Shown piece by piece: positions 50,501-64,000 of a stretch of DNA of 64,000 bases. The notes beneath the pieces are model-generated. The model was given only the letters and a program-made list of their open reading frames with translations. It did not search any database and was not told the DNA's origin. The position numbers and the translations under genes were made by a program. This DNA comes from Cenococcum geophilum (lineage: Eukaryota). The stretch's first letter is position 1. Each line of letters opens with the position of its first letter. The stretch covers positions 26,970,001-27,034,000 of the forward strand of contig CP158635.1 in assembly GCA_050273025.1 (NCBI GenBank), read 5' to 3'.

Positions 50501-51684
50501 TAGAGTTCTTATCGGATAGGTCTAGCGACCACTCCTCCTAATATCTATAGACTTTAAGGGCAAAAGAGCTTATATCTTTAACTTAGAGAAAATCTTAACC
50601 TTTACATAACGCGATTTAAATTTAGGGCTAGTTGCCTTACTAATGCTAAGAGAACCGGAAAACTAAACACGTAAACGAGAGCAAAATTTAATTAAGAAAC
50701 AACCCATACCCTAATAAAGCTTTTATTTATCTAACAATAAGGCGCTCCCTATATGCTACACATTCAGCAATATACTCTTAGTTCTTATTACTATATACTA
50801 GGTATATAACTACCTAACGCATTATATCTAACTACTGGAAAACATTCGCGGCAGAGTTATTTATTACCGTTTAGAATAGCATTTTCTAGTAATTAGCTTA
50901 GTATTTTATAATTATCTAGCTATATATATATTACTAACCTTGTTTTAGTTCTAGTGTGTCTAGTAAATTTAGGGTATTAGTATAACGGAGGCTTAATAAC
51001 TAAAAAGCACCAAATCTATTATTGCGTCCACTCCGTATATATATACTTAAAACATAAGTCAGCCTAATAGTGCACTTAAAAAGGTAGACAGCTCTTATAC
51101 GTATAAGGCAACTATTAATAGAACTTAGCCTTATGCCTAACTTATAAGAAGGGTTAAGCGGGACTTATTATATACCGATATATTTAGAGGAACAGTCCCC
51201 GTTCCTAGGATCACTTACCTCTAACGTAAATTGTCTCTTTTAAGTCGACTACTTAGAAGTAAGGCAGCGGCTTGTTTTCATGTAACCTTTCTTACTTAAT
51301 AGCAGCTATCTAACTATGTCTTTAACTGGTATCGATTGGTGTTTTCTAGACGTTATAGAGTTTTATCCTAGGCGCCAGATTTAGTTATAACTTAATATTA
51401 CTTCAATACTTACTTATAGATTTTAATCCTTATTTATAATTACTAGCTTATTCAATTTTTAATTAAGGGATAACAACTATATTAAAGCTATGGATTTGGA
51501 TTTAAATATACTTAGCCAAAAGAGGCGGTAATTGCCACGTCAGCCGTAAGTAGCGGCTCTAATTTTCAGCATATTTATAATTTAGTAGTCGCGGTATAAA
51601 GGCGTCTATAATTTGGTAGTTATGGTGCAAAGGCGTCCATAATTTGGTGGTCGTAGTACGCTACATCTAGGATTTAGTAGTTAC
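47523..51684. mobile_element. Segment bounded by long inverted ends made of 31-bp subterminal repeats, enclosing an unidentified gene
   Basis: 47523-47640 (gtaactactaaatccta + 3x ..ccaaattatagacgcctt..) is mirrored at 51570-51684. Exact termini and TSD are not resolved. Confidence 0.65.
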
Positions 51685-54600
51685 CGCGTAAAACGCCTCC
51701 CCTAGCCCCCCAAAGTCAGCCCATCCCGCCTACCCTAATACATCTATAGTCTTATACTAACTTCGTTTACCTTAAGAGATAGTATATAACCCCCTAGAAA
51801 AGCATTTCCAATATTATATTAGTTCTTTTATAAGTCGTAATAGGATATCTAAGGCCACTTCCTTATAAGTTCTAATATCGCTAGCACAGATATAAGGGCG
51901 GTAGGTTAACTAGGGCGAAGATACAGTTTCCTTCTCCCTTTACCACTCTTAGTTGTTTTAGTTACAAAAATGCATAATTATTAGTTTGCCTATGCTACGT
52001 ATTTCTATATATAGTTCTTTTATTACTTTATACTATTCCGTATTATACTTTATTAATACTATAAGCTAAGCCACTTATAGGAGCATCTTTTACTTCAAGT
52101 ACTCCTCTTTTTTATTTTTCCTAAACTTATTATTAGGCTTCTTATTTGGTAGTGTAAGAAGCTCTAAAAAGTCTACCTACCCTAAGACTTATTATAGCCA
52201 ATAACTTAGTTACTAGAGTCTTTATTATTACTTATATTAGTTATCTAGGTTTATAAGGCCACTATATTAAAGGAATCCACTTATAGGGAACTAAGTTATA
52301 AGTCTATAAAACTCCTACAAGTAATACCGCTAAAGCCCCCGCCTAGCACACCAGGTGCTCATTATCGCCATTTTATTCCCTTCCCTACTCTAGCCTTCTG
52401 GTATAATACTATCATTCTTAACATTAAGCCGACTTTTAGTACGCGTCTTAATAGCTTTAGGAAGCGTCTTAGTGTAGGTTCTATTTGCTATAGCCTAACT
52501 TATTATAGAGTAGGAGTGGTGTACGCGTTTAGGCTGTAATGCATCTTCCTAGGTTATAGTAAAACAAATCTAGTCGGATAAAGCATCGCGGATAATTATA
52601 CTTAGTGCAATTATTAGCTTTTTTATAACTATAATAAGTTTAATTCTCCTTGTCTTATTTTAGACGGATTATTACCTCTTAGTAAGTAAATAATCTAACC
52701 TTTAAAGAAATCCTCTAATATAAGGTAGTAGGTATACGTTATAGTGTTTACGGTAATATTTTTATCAAAATGCATAGGTTTTTAGAATTATAAATTATAG
52801 GAAAGTAACAGGATTAGAGATGGAAACTCCGATGCCTAAAGCCATTTAAGTATCCGCTTCTTTGCGCTAGTACTTAGGCTAGGGTAGTATCTATCGTGGC
52901 GTTTATAGCGTTTATGGCGATTAGTTAAGAGTATTTTATATTAAAACCATACTTATCCCTTAACCGGTTAATTTACGTCTAACGGTTATTAATAAGAACT
53001 AGCCAATTAATCGAACTGAAATTTAACGCTTGTGCTAAGGAATATAAAGCTTTTAATTTTATAGTAATTTAATATATACGCTTAATTTTAGGAGTTAAGT
53101 CACTCAATATAAGGTAGCTAGCACTTATCCTTCCTAAAAAATCATATTTTTTAATATAGCAGGTAATTAATTGGTGGAATCTATATAGGTATACATTGTT
53201 TTAAAACTGGTGTTCATGCATAGATTACTTACTCGTTAGGCGCTTACGGGTTAAAGGATAAATCATAGTTACAAAGTTCGGGTAATAAGACCTTAAAATC
53301 TAATATAAACTACATTCTATAAAATTACGAACCCTATAATATTTGCCACTATAATCCAAAAACTAAGATTATAAAAGTACAGTAGATAGAAGCTAAGAGT
53401 TATTCTGTTTAACTTTACCCTTATATCCTTTTAACTCTAAACACTACTAATCGCTAGGAGTACATCCTTTATTAAAATAATTAAGGATATACCTAGTACG
53501 CTCGTGCCAAGCCTTATTATATACTATCTCTAATTTCTATAGTTACGCGCAGAAGCCACACTAATATTGGAATTGGCCGTTCCGGCCTATACGAGATAAC
53601 TTAATATCCTTAGAAGGAACGGTACCCTTATATATTTAAAGGTGCTGCTTAAAGTATTACGTATTATAGCTTAGGTCTAGACATTATTAACCAATTGCCG
53701 TTTTTTATGGGTATACCTATATTTCTATCTGGAAGTATAGAGAATTATTATAACAGAACTAATTATTCCTAGATTTACTTTTATTTAAATACCTTAGATA
53801 TATGCACGCGTATTTTTGGGTCTGTTTTATAAAATAGTTAGTATTTTATTTTTACTTAGGAGTAGAGCATAAACAAACAATTAGTTAATTAGAAGGTTCC
53901 TCTATAATCTTTACGCCTAAATTTTAAACTATAGTTGTGGACACTGCGTTTAGCTTCTCTATTAAGATAAGGTAGACTAGGCGAATAGCAATATTAATTT
54001 ATTTAGATTTAGAATAGAATACAATTATAGGTAATATAGTAGGAGACTACTTTATCTAAAGCTCTAAATTAGGTAAGAAGCTGGTATAAATATATCTACA
54101 GCGGGTTTCCAATAATCCTAGGCGTGCGTATTATCCTTACTAAGGATAACCACTTATATATCCTAGCGTGGTCTAGAAGGATTAATAATCGACACGTTAA
54201 AGACTACGGCCTATATGCGTGCTAAAGGGATACCTCATATAATAAAAGGCGTTATTAGTGCGGCGTGGGGGCTTCCTATTAGAGAAAATGAGATTTTTAA
54301 GGGATTAATAGGCTTAAGAAGTGGCTTAGGGAATAAAAATACCTAATAGTTAAGATCGCTAAGTAGATTTGCCGGTTTTTATAGTATTGGTCTTAATACT
54401 AAGCATAGACTAATACTGATGTAAACGTTTTCTATCTAGCTTCTTACCTCCCCGTTAACCCTTTAGAAGCCTAATCTCTTTAATAAAGTCCGGTATAAAT
54501 AAGCCTCCTTAAGTAAGAAGACTTAAAAGTGGGGGTGCTGCTAGCGTTAATATATAAACCACTTAGAAAACTAAAATAACTTTTCTAAATAATATCCCTC

Positions 54601-55902
54601 TATTAGTCCCACTCTTATACCTTATAGGGCCTATAATATATAGGTTACTTATCCTATATCTCTTATAGGGTTATATAGCTTAGTTAATACCTAGGGTTAA
54701 TTGGTTAATTCGCTTACTTCTTCCCCAGACGCTGTATTTAATAAAGCTAAACATAAATTAGTATAAGTATCCTAGCCGTAATATAATAAAACTAATAATG
54801 GGCTTTTCTAACGGCTTATACCATGCGCCAATTAAGGACTTTAGTAGCTACTTTAGGTATATTCTTAGCTACTAGTAGGTTATTTAAACGCTCTAGAAGC
54901 TCCTTTTATTTATTTACAGAAATCTTAAACTAAATAGAGCGTATTAGATGTAATAAGTGAAGTTATTTAGCTTCCTCCTATATAAGTATCTGCCAATCTT
55001 TATTATTAAAAGTTAAGGCTATACTTATATCCCTACTTACCAGAAACCGCTTCTATTAAGTTTTAGAATGTCCGGTAACAGCCTATATATTACTAGCTTT
55101 AGACCTAGCGGTAAGACTTATTATATATAGTGGCGTTAAAATAAGAAGTTTAGTGTCGCTGGGTGAGTGCTACCTACTAAGGCGGGGCTATTGACCCCGT
55201 TAACTCCGTTAACCCTATTAACTATATTAACTATATTAACCTAATTAACCGCTAGCGATATAAAACTAGCTAACGCTATTAGTCTCCGCTTTCGCCTTCT
55301 ACATAATAATACTATATTAGTGCCTCTCTAAGTACCCTAACCCCACATTTGCCTCTAGTTAGTTTACTAGTTCTCTTTACATTCTAAGGGGCTTATTCTA
55401 GCTTTATATCTCGCTCTTTGTTATAAGCCTATAATAATTACCCTGCTTTATCGTAAGACTTACTATATTCCGTTAAATTTAGTTAGCTATATTAACTCGT
55501 TAATATTATAGACCTTTAATAGTAGTTATTTATATCTAGCTTAGAGTTAAGATTTCGGTATATAATTAAAATTAGTCCTTTAGTCTCTAAATAAATCTAC
55601 TTATACTATAGTGTGAATTTACGTGCATACGCCTAAAATTCTTGAAATTGCAGCGCTTGTGCATTAAGGGGGAGCCGTACTAATAGCGTTATTGCATTTA
55701 TTAGCCGCCTAGTGCTCTATTAAATAGATGTGTTCCGCTAAATATCCTCCTAATTACTGCTAACGCTCCTACTATACCTCTTATAGCTTTAATATAAGAT
55801 ACACTTTAATCAATTGCTCTAGTAATGCAATCTATTACCATTATGTTTAATATTAATAAAACCTACTAATTTAGATAACGAAGCTTACTTTACGGATATT
55901 CC

Positions 55903-56699
55903 TAGTAAAGGGATTAGAGTGGGGTCTATTTGGAGCTCCTAGCTGGATTTAGGTTTGATCTAGATCTAAATTAGGCCTTCTAATTAGTGGATTAGAGTAG
56001 ATTTAAGGCTAATATAACTCTTAGAGCTCCAGATCTATACCCAATTTAAACTGCGGCTAAGGAGGAATAGAGCGCTGGGGAATTAGTATGTAATATAAGG
56101 CCAATTGGCGACTCTAGTGGCTCTACCGCTGACTTATATATTAGCTATTAAATCTAAGACACCCGCTTATCCTGCTGCCATTATTACTACTCCTACTATT
56201 ACTACTTTATATCTACACTTACTAACTTAGTGTTATAGTGCTTTCCTTTTCTACCGCCGCGATGGACTAATATTTATTAGTTTGCCTATCTCTACCATTT
56301 AATAAAGTTATCCTTGCTCCCAAATTAATTAATCCTAAAGTTAACGGCAGGTAATAGCAGCGGAGGCAACTCCGGCGGAGGGAGCTGTAGCTAAGTCGGT
56401 GGTTATAGAGTCGAATAATGGCGATGGTAAGGGTAATAATAAGGACATATACGCCGCCTTTAAGGCGGTTAAGGTGGAAGATAAGGTTATTAAAGAAGCT
56501 GAGCAATTTAGAGTTAATTTAGTAAGTTTAACTAAGTCCTACTTTATTACCTTAACACTAACCTATTGCTAAGACTTACTATTTATAGTATATATTTAAA
56601 CTAGAGCTATATTAGAGCCCTAGAGCTCTATAGCCTTTTTAATATATAGAGTGGATTTGGGGGTGAAATCCACTCTACTCTAATTTAATCCTTTTACTG
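55903..56699. mobile_element. Non-autonomous hAT element (797 bp)
   Basis: TIRs tagtaaagggatt / aatccttttactg and a perfect 8-bp TSD gatattcc at 55895-55902 and 56700-56707. Confidence 0.88.
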
Positions 56700-57959
56700 G
56701 ATATTCCTAATAAGTTAAAGAGAGCGACTAGTCTAGTGTCTAGCGAGGGTCTTACTAATAATAGTTAATCCAGAGCTATTAGCATTAATTACCCGCTTAA
56801 TATTAATTAACTTAGCTCTCTAAAGACTATACAGACTATTAGTTTACATTATTAGTCTTTCCCTAGTAAGGCTCTACTAACGCTTTATAAAGTATAACTT
56901 AACTAGCCCTTATATAAATAATAAGCCCTTAGCATCCGCATATAAGCCTTAGTTAATTAAGTAATAATTTAAGTTAATAAACACGACCTTTAAGGATAGT
57001 AATAGTTGGGACAGTATTTTGTCTAAGTTTAATAAACTAATATTAGGTTATAAGCAGAAATATTATAGCCTTTTTCTTAATACTAGAGCAAGTAGTAAAT
57101 AGATAAAGGAAGATAAAGCTATTATATACTATTTAAGGCAGGAGCGGTTTTTATTTATAAATATTGCTAGATAGGTGCCGTATTTGCTAGCTTAAATTTC
57201 AGAAATATACCTAACTATATATATCTTATACCTTATCCTACTAAGGCTATATATTACTTATATTTGCTAGGTTAAGTAATATATAGGATTACTTATAATA
57301 CTATAACCTAGATATAGAGTTTTGGCGTATATTGCTAGTTAGTTTCTTTTCTTAAATATAACTTCTAATAGCTTTACTAATATTTTTTAAAGATTGTTAT
57401 TATAAATAAAGCCTTATGGGAGCTAAAGTCTAAAACTAGTGTATAGACAGCTAATAAAGATATAACCCTTATAGAGCTAGGTCACTAGGTATTACTTATA
57501 GTTTTATTATAAGATAATATTATAAAAGCCCTACTAGGGAGAATATAGGGTATATATTAGCGCCATTATAACGTTATTTTTCGCGCTAAAGAGCCGGTAT
57601 GGACAGTTAAGGAAGAGAATCTCCTTATAGAATTGTGTAATAAGAAATTTCTGTTATAGAGAGAGATTAGGAAATATTTTCCGAATAGGCACTATTAATT
57701 AATTAAGGAATTCTATAAAAATAGCGAGCTAGGTAGTTAGGCGTAGCGCCCTCTAAACATATAGCTAGGGTCTTAATAGATTTAACGGCTGTGGCTTTGG
57801 TCCTATAAGCTAGGAGGTTATAGGAGCTAGGGGATTTTACAAGCTAGGTAATTATATAAGTAGGGTAGTCTAACCTAGCGCCCTCTAATTAACGCCTAGC
57901 GTATAAATAGGGTATTAATAGGTTTAATAACTTTGGCTTTAATTGTGTGAGCTAGATGC

Positions 57960-58410
57960 TTGTGGGAGCTGGCCAATCCTACGAGCTAGGTGATTGTGCG
58001 AGTTAGGTGACTGTGCGAGCATAGTGCTTGTGGGAGCTGGGCAATCCTGCGAGCTAGGTAATTGTGCGAGCTGGGCGATCGTGCGAACTAGGTGATTGTG
58101 CGAGCTGGATGATTGTGCGAGCTAGATGATCGTGCGAACTGGGTGATCGTGCGAGCTAGATGATCGTGCGAGCTGGATAATCGTGCGAGCTGGATGATCG
58201 TGCGAGCTGGATAATCGTGCGAACTAGGTAATCGTGCGAGCTAGATGATCGTGCGAGCTGGATGATCGTGCGAGCTAGATGATCGTGCGAACTGGGTGAT
58301 CGTGCGAGCTGGATGATCGTGCGAATTAGGTAATTGTATAAGCTAGATAATCGTGCGAGCTAGGCGATCGTGCGAGTAGAGTGATTGTATAAGCAAAGTA
58401 ATTATACAAG
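57960..58410. repeat. 17-bp GC-rich minisatellite (gagctggatgatcgtgc) between ~45-bp direct repeats
   Basis: About 20 or more units; the flanks ..acctagcgccctcta(a)ttaacgcctagc.tataaatagg occur at ~57872 and ~58423. Confidence 0.88.
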
Positions 58411-61400
58411 CAGGGTAATCTGACCTAGCGCCCTCTATTAACGCCTAGCATATAAATAGGAAGTAAATGTTAGGAAAATACTAGAACTATAAAAAAAAGA
58501 AATATATAAGTCTTAGATTTAGAAATATTAAAGAAGTTTCTATATAAAGACCCCTTATATATACTTAGAGAAGTTCTTATATAAATAGCCCTATAAGCGT
58601 AGCTATAAGTCTAAGCCCCCTTATATAACCTAACTACCCCTTCCTACTATACTAGAATAGATAAATAACTACTATATACTATAAATAGAGAAATGATTTA
58701 AATAAAAAGAAAACACTATAAAAAAATATATTTATATCCTTAAGATATAAATCTATAAGTACTGTAGTCTTAAATATGACTAATAGTTACTAATATGGCA
58801 TGCGTCTTAGGTCTATAAGAAATTTAAAAAATCCTAGGTTATTAGTATAGATTTACCTTCTATTATTGCTTTTAAGGTAAAAAATAAATTTATCTAAGTA
58901 AAAGTATAGATTATTGCGAATACTTTATAGCTCGCTATAAGTTAAGCAGGTAGAGACTCTGGTAGAAATAATGAAATATTATTTTATTCCGCGATAGGCT
59001 AAATAAAGAGAGGCTAAAGTTTTAACCCTTTTACCAGCTTTTATTAGAACTCTTCTTTATATTTTTATTCTTTACTTATAGATTTAAGACTATAAAGTTA
59101 AGGCCACTATATTTAACCGTCGCCTATATAGCCTCGTCGCTTAATACCTCTTTATTACTATCTACCCCTATTTCTTAATCTTTAGTATTAAAACTATTTT
59201 CTCTATTATATAATGTCTCTGCGTCCTATTCTTAATCCTTATTACTAAAGTTACTTTCTAAACTAGCTAACGCCTCTATATTGCCGTTATCTCTAAAGTC
59301 GGTTTCTTTATCTATAAACGTCTACTTACTAGCTAATAATTTAGGGACGCTATGCTTGTAGGTACTTAGGGTTACGGATACCACTTAAGGAGAAATTATA
59401 GTTGATGTTGTTAGGATATAGAACAAGCCTATAGACCTCTAAGTACTAGCTGCTTAGCGCTTTAAATAAAAGATCTCCTCTAACATAAGGCAGATTAATA
59501 GGAGTTAATTACCGCCTATATAAGGCGGAGTGCTTATAAAGGGCTTAGCTAGAATACTAATTAAACTACCCTAGAGGTACTAATAGCTCCTTTGCTATAA
59601 ATGGGGGGTTAATATATAAGATTGACTAGCTAGGATAAGTCTACTACTTAGGCAGTATTTTGCCTTAGGAAGAATAGGCGTTGGAAGTAAATTATATAAT
59701 GCTATTCCTACTAAAAGAGGCATTATTAGGGGTTATTATTAACTTTTAGTTCTAGTTTATAACTTTATATAAACGCCTCTAAACCCTACTAAGGTATATA
59801 GCGTCTGTTAGGAATCGTCAGCCATTTAAATTTAGTAATAGCTTAGCCAATGGCTACCCCTAATAATACTTCACTTAATACTTCACTTATGGATTACTTT
59901 AGGCGCCTATAGTCTTGGGCGTAGATAATATATAAGCTAAGAGTAATTATAGCCACTAAATATTGTACTATAGATACTATATAAAGTGGAAAAGGGTGGC
60001 TAGTATGCTTTGCTTTTCCCTTCTGCCTTTTGTCCTAACTCTACCCTAGGAGAGAAATGGAATATAAACGTTGTACTCCTAGTTTTTATATACTATTAAT
60101 TTAACTTACCTTTAAATTTGACCTCTTAACTATATATCCCTTACTATCCTTATAAAAATACTAGACATTATATATATTACCTTAACTAAGCTTAAATACG
60201 TTGCTAACATAACCTATAGGTCCTTAATTGGTACTTATAAAAACATTATAATATGCTATCGCCCCGAAGATAATATACCTATTCGTTAACTTACTAGAAA
60301 CCTTAAATTATCCCAAAATCGCATTAATAATAAAGACATAGTATCTGCTAGTAGGGAAAAGAAATAATTATAGCTTTCTAACCCTATATAGAAACAGATG
60401 CCTTATACGCCTACTTAAATACCTAATAGGGTCAACTCTTATAAAATTAATGATAATACGGAGGGTGATATATAAGAAGATACGGAAATATACGCCAATT
60501 ACCTTAAAAGCCTAGAAGGCCGCAGTAAAACTAAAATAGTTTTACCTAAGCTAATAAAGAGCTATAGCGAGGCTAAAACAGACTTACCTTAACCAAAAGA
60601 GGTTTATATTAAAGGTTTGTCGGTGCCTCTAGGTATGTTTATAAAACACCTATATTTATTTAGCAATACTAATAAGTAAGTAAGGAATAGCTTAGCTAAT
60701 TTTATGACGTTTCTTAGAGTTATATCTCCCCTATCTAAAATATTAACGATTTTTAATGCTATGATTTCGCGTAGATAACTGAAGTATCTCGTCTTATAGT
60801 TGCCTTCTTATTTTATAATAAAGGACTTAAGATATCTCTAAAGCCCTAGTTATAAATCATTTATATCTACGTTTAGCCCTATTATAGTAATATGCTGGTA
60901 TCCTACTTAGGTTTTAGCCGTGGATATACCACTAAACAGACTTGTATTATACTATGCTAAAAATCCCCGTCTCTTTTGCCGTTATGCTAAAATATATAAA
61001 CTACTTAAAGATGTTATAATAAAGATAGCTAAGAGGAGTAAACTATATAAGCAAGGAGATCAACTAGGAAAGGCATTAGAGGATTTATTAGAAGAGATAT
61101 TAAGGAAAAGGGTACGTAAGAGAAAGGTAGATCCTACTGTAGATAGAGATCCTAAGAGGTTTAAGGTATAAGAAATTTCTTATAAGGAAGATTTTTGTAA
61201 TTATATTCTTGTCTTTCGGCATTAAGAATTAAGGTATTAATTAGGATTTCCTTAGCTTAGTGTTTTATTTCTATCTAGTTGCTTCTATATTAAGAATATC
61301 TCGTTATTATTTGCGTATATAGATAAGTTTTTACATATTGGATTAAAGTTAAAAGACTTACTTACAGTAAAGCTTATAAGTTCTCCACCTTTGTATACTT

Positions 61401-62994
61401 GGCAGCGATAAATCAGCCGGCCTATAACTCGTTTAATCCTCTATAAAGAAAAGACTTATTATAAAACATAGAGTTACTCCAATTAGATTAGATTAGCTTA
61501 GTAAGCCTATAGCCCTTCTTAGTACCCTATAGCGTAAGAATAAAACACCTCTACTAATCTCTCTACCGGCTACGGTCCTTATCGCCTCTTCTCTATAACC
61601 TCCTTTTCACTATATTCGCTGCCTGCTCAGCCTTATATAACTACACTACTAAGGCCGATTATAGGACAATACTTAAAAGCGTGTTCGTATATCGCTAAAC
61701 GAATACTAAGCGCTATAGAATACGTTGGAGAAGGATATACGCCTTAGAGCCTGGGTTATAGACAAGCTTTAATACGATTATAATTTAGTTATGCCTGAGA
61801 ATTTCCGCTCTTTAGCCCTAGCGTTATAAGAATATAAGGAGCGGTATTTATACTCCTACTACCCTCTAAAATTCGGTATATTTTATCTATATATCCTCTT
61901 ATAAAGAAAATAGCTTTAGAGCCCTCTTAAGACACTAATATTACTAGCATCCTTTAGGAACCCAGCGACCAAAACATAGTACTACCCTCGTTTAAAGTAG
62001 TGAAGTAATATAAACCGCAAGGTAAATGGATATTATATTAGCTTGCTTCGTCTACCAGTTTTATATGCTATTAATACAATAAGTAGAAGACGGCGAAGCT
62101 TATAGCTACACGCTATAATTAATAAAATAACCTTTACTATAATGCTTATTACGGTTGCTTCTTTTAAAAAAGCAATAAGGTCTGTAATACCCTAGAGCTA
62201 ATAAGACACATTAAAACTTAACCAACTTAGGAGGGAATTGCTATTGATTTATTCTAATTCTAAGGGGTATATTATAGGGGATTTTTATATTTAGTGCAAA
62301 TAAATGGAGATAAATGCTTGTCACCTATATAAAATAGACACTAGCGAGGGTTACATTCTAAAGGGAATAAATAAGGCGTTGCTAAGGAGATAGTAATAAT
62401 AATATGTTTCTCTTGTAACATATACTAGTAAAGGGGGAGTCCGCGTATACTGGATCTAGTTTTAGGAACTAGAACCTGTTTTTAGGAAATAAGCTAATTA
62501 ACCGCTATAAAAAGAGGTTAACTGTATCCGTATTTGGCATGTTAGATTTAGCTTATTTTAGGACTAGTAATTGTTTGTTGGCGTTCTTAGGCGCCCCTTT
62601 AGCCTCGCTATATAAGAGCTCTGCTGCATTAAAGCCTTACGCGTTACGGAACAAACTAAAACTAATAAGTATAACCAGTTATAGACCAGAAAACGCTACC
62701 TACCTATTATGGCTTAGTATTTAACTAAGCCCTATAAAGCCTTAGTCTAAGCCGCGTTAGGTTAGCTTAACTTTTTTGCGCCTAATCTTTAATCCTCGCG
62801 TTTGCTTGCACCTTGCTTTTTTCCTTATACTTTTCTCCCTAGTTATTTCCTTATTACAAGATACTACTAACGTGTTCTCGACCTCCCTGCACTTATCTAC
62901 TATTATACCGTCCTTATATACTAGCATCTTTAATCTACCCTTTCCGCCTGCTACGTCAGCCCTCCTAATGTAGCTTTTGGCGCGTTTGCCCACA

Positions 62995-64000
62995 ATGGCA
63001 AATCTCTTTAGATTAGGGATAATTAAAACGAAACCTATTAGAGAAGGACTGAATAACTTTTGCAATTTATTTAACTTAGCTTATTAGGATCTAGATATCT
63101 CTAGCTTTTTAAACTTGTTATACTAGATAGGTAATAAAGGTAATTGCTAATATACCTATTATAAGTTTCTATTTAACGCTTATAGAACTGAAGAATATTT
63201 TGCTTAATCTAATACTAGCTCTATAGGGCCTTTACGCTTCTTATTTATTGCTATCTAACGGCGGCAATAAAAGCCTTTTTGTTAATCTATTAAGACTTAA
63301 TTTAGCGGTCGGTTCTAATGACTTTAATATTAAGCGGTTCCTGCCTCTTCTAAATGCGATCCTCCGCATTGAATCTAACGAGGTTATTTAGGAAAAGGTG
63401 TACGCTACTATTATAGAGTCTACCCCCCTGCTCTGACCGCTACCACTCTACGTTTAAACCCCGCATTTATGCAATATAAGCAGCTTTACTAACTTGTCCG
63501 AATGTAGGGAATACGTAGATTATGTTCTAAAGGAGGAGCTAGGCCCTCTTTATATGGGGATTCCTGGCTTATATAAAGCATTTTTTAGGGAAGTAAAAGG
63601 TCTTAAAAAGGCAAGCGCTGCCGTTTTTAAGAAATGTAAGGAAGGGGATAATCTACTATACGCTGAGGGCGGCTAGCGTGACTGGCCTAAAAGCGCAAAG
63701 CAAGATAATGTCCTAGTGTGGTTTAATAACCTAATTAAATTATTTTTAGGCTTTATAGAGGAGTATAGGTCTGCCCTAAAGATATAATAAACGCTTATCG
63801 TATATACTAAGCAGCCCTTATAAGGGTCTATAGTAAAGTAAAAGCTAGATATCGGGTTTGTGGACGATCCAATAGCTAGCGAAAGCTCTTAATGCTATTA
63901 GTCGTATATACTTATGCCAGAAGAGCTAAAAAGTAATCTAAATACTAATATAGCCTCGTAGGCATAGTTTAATTTAGGAAAATATATAAGAGAAGTCTTC
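62995..64000 (+). pseudogene. FunK1-family fungal protein kinase (Pkinase_fungal), 5' part
   Basis: MANL..IIKTKPIREGL, REYVDYVLKEELGPLYMGIPG, QPL*GSIVK*KLDIGFVDD, HWS-like CY*SYILMPEELKSN, A*FNLGKYIREVF. Runs off the window. Confidence 0.85.

Larger units (their letters stand above)
5664..64000 (+). mobile_element. Starship-type giant tyrosine-recombinase element (left end plus cargo), RIP-inactivated; right end not seen
   Basis: The Copia frame is interrupted at about 5663 and never resumes in the window. The first gene ~350 bp inside is a DUF3435 recombinase, followed by cargo typical of Starships (NLR, HET, FunK1 kinase). Confidence 0.75.

Noticed and set aside
60920..61171. 83-aa ORF with a basic C-terminus
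   Set aside because: Probably the last exon of a RIP-degraded hypothetical gene, but no family was recognisable, so it is not annotated.

Overview
Fungal (filamentous ascomycete-type) AT-rich DNA that is heavily mutated by RIP: TpA is everywhere, CpA/TpG is depleted, and nearly every gene is broken by TAA/TAG. The supplied ORF track is therefore mostly uninformative, and all calls come from reading through the stops. Positions 1-5663 are nested Copia-like LTR retroelements with a CACTA-like insertion. At about 5664 the Copia frame breaks and a DUF3435 tyrosine-recombinase 'captain' follows (6010-8533), marking the left end of a RIP-killed Starship-type element that appears to run past the window end. 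Its cargo includes a full-length Tad1-like LINE, several MITEs, a HeLo-like gene, a HET-NACHT-WD40 NLR, a methyltransferase, a bZIP-like gene and a FunK1 kinase. Two observations stand out. (1) A HET-domain gene whose 5' part is a tandem array of 40 near-identical ~65-nt spliceosomal introns separated by variable single-codon (3-nt) micro-exons (24526-27235). (2) A family of related YAAGGG...GCGG...CCCTCC inverted repeats that wrap this HET gene and the NLR as discrete cassettes, with a conserved linker repeated in front of successive cassettes. All alignments and translations were done by eye.
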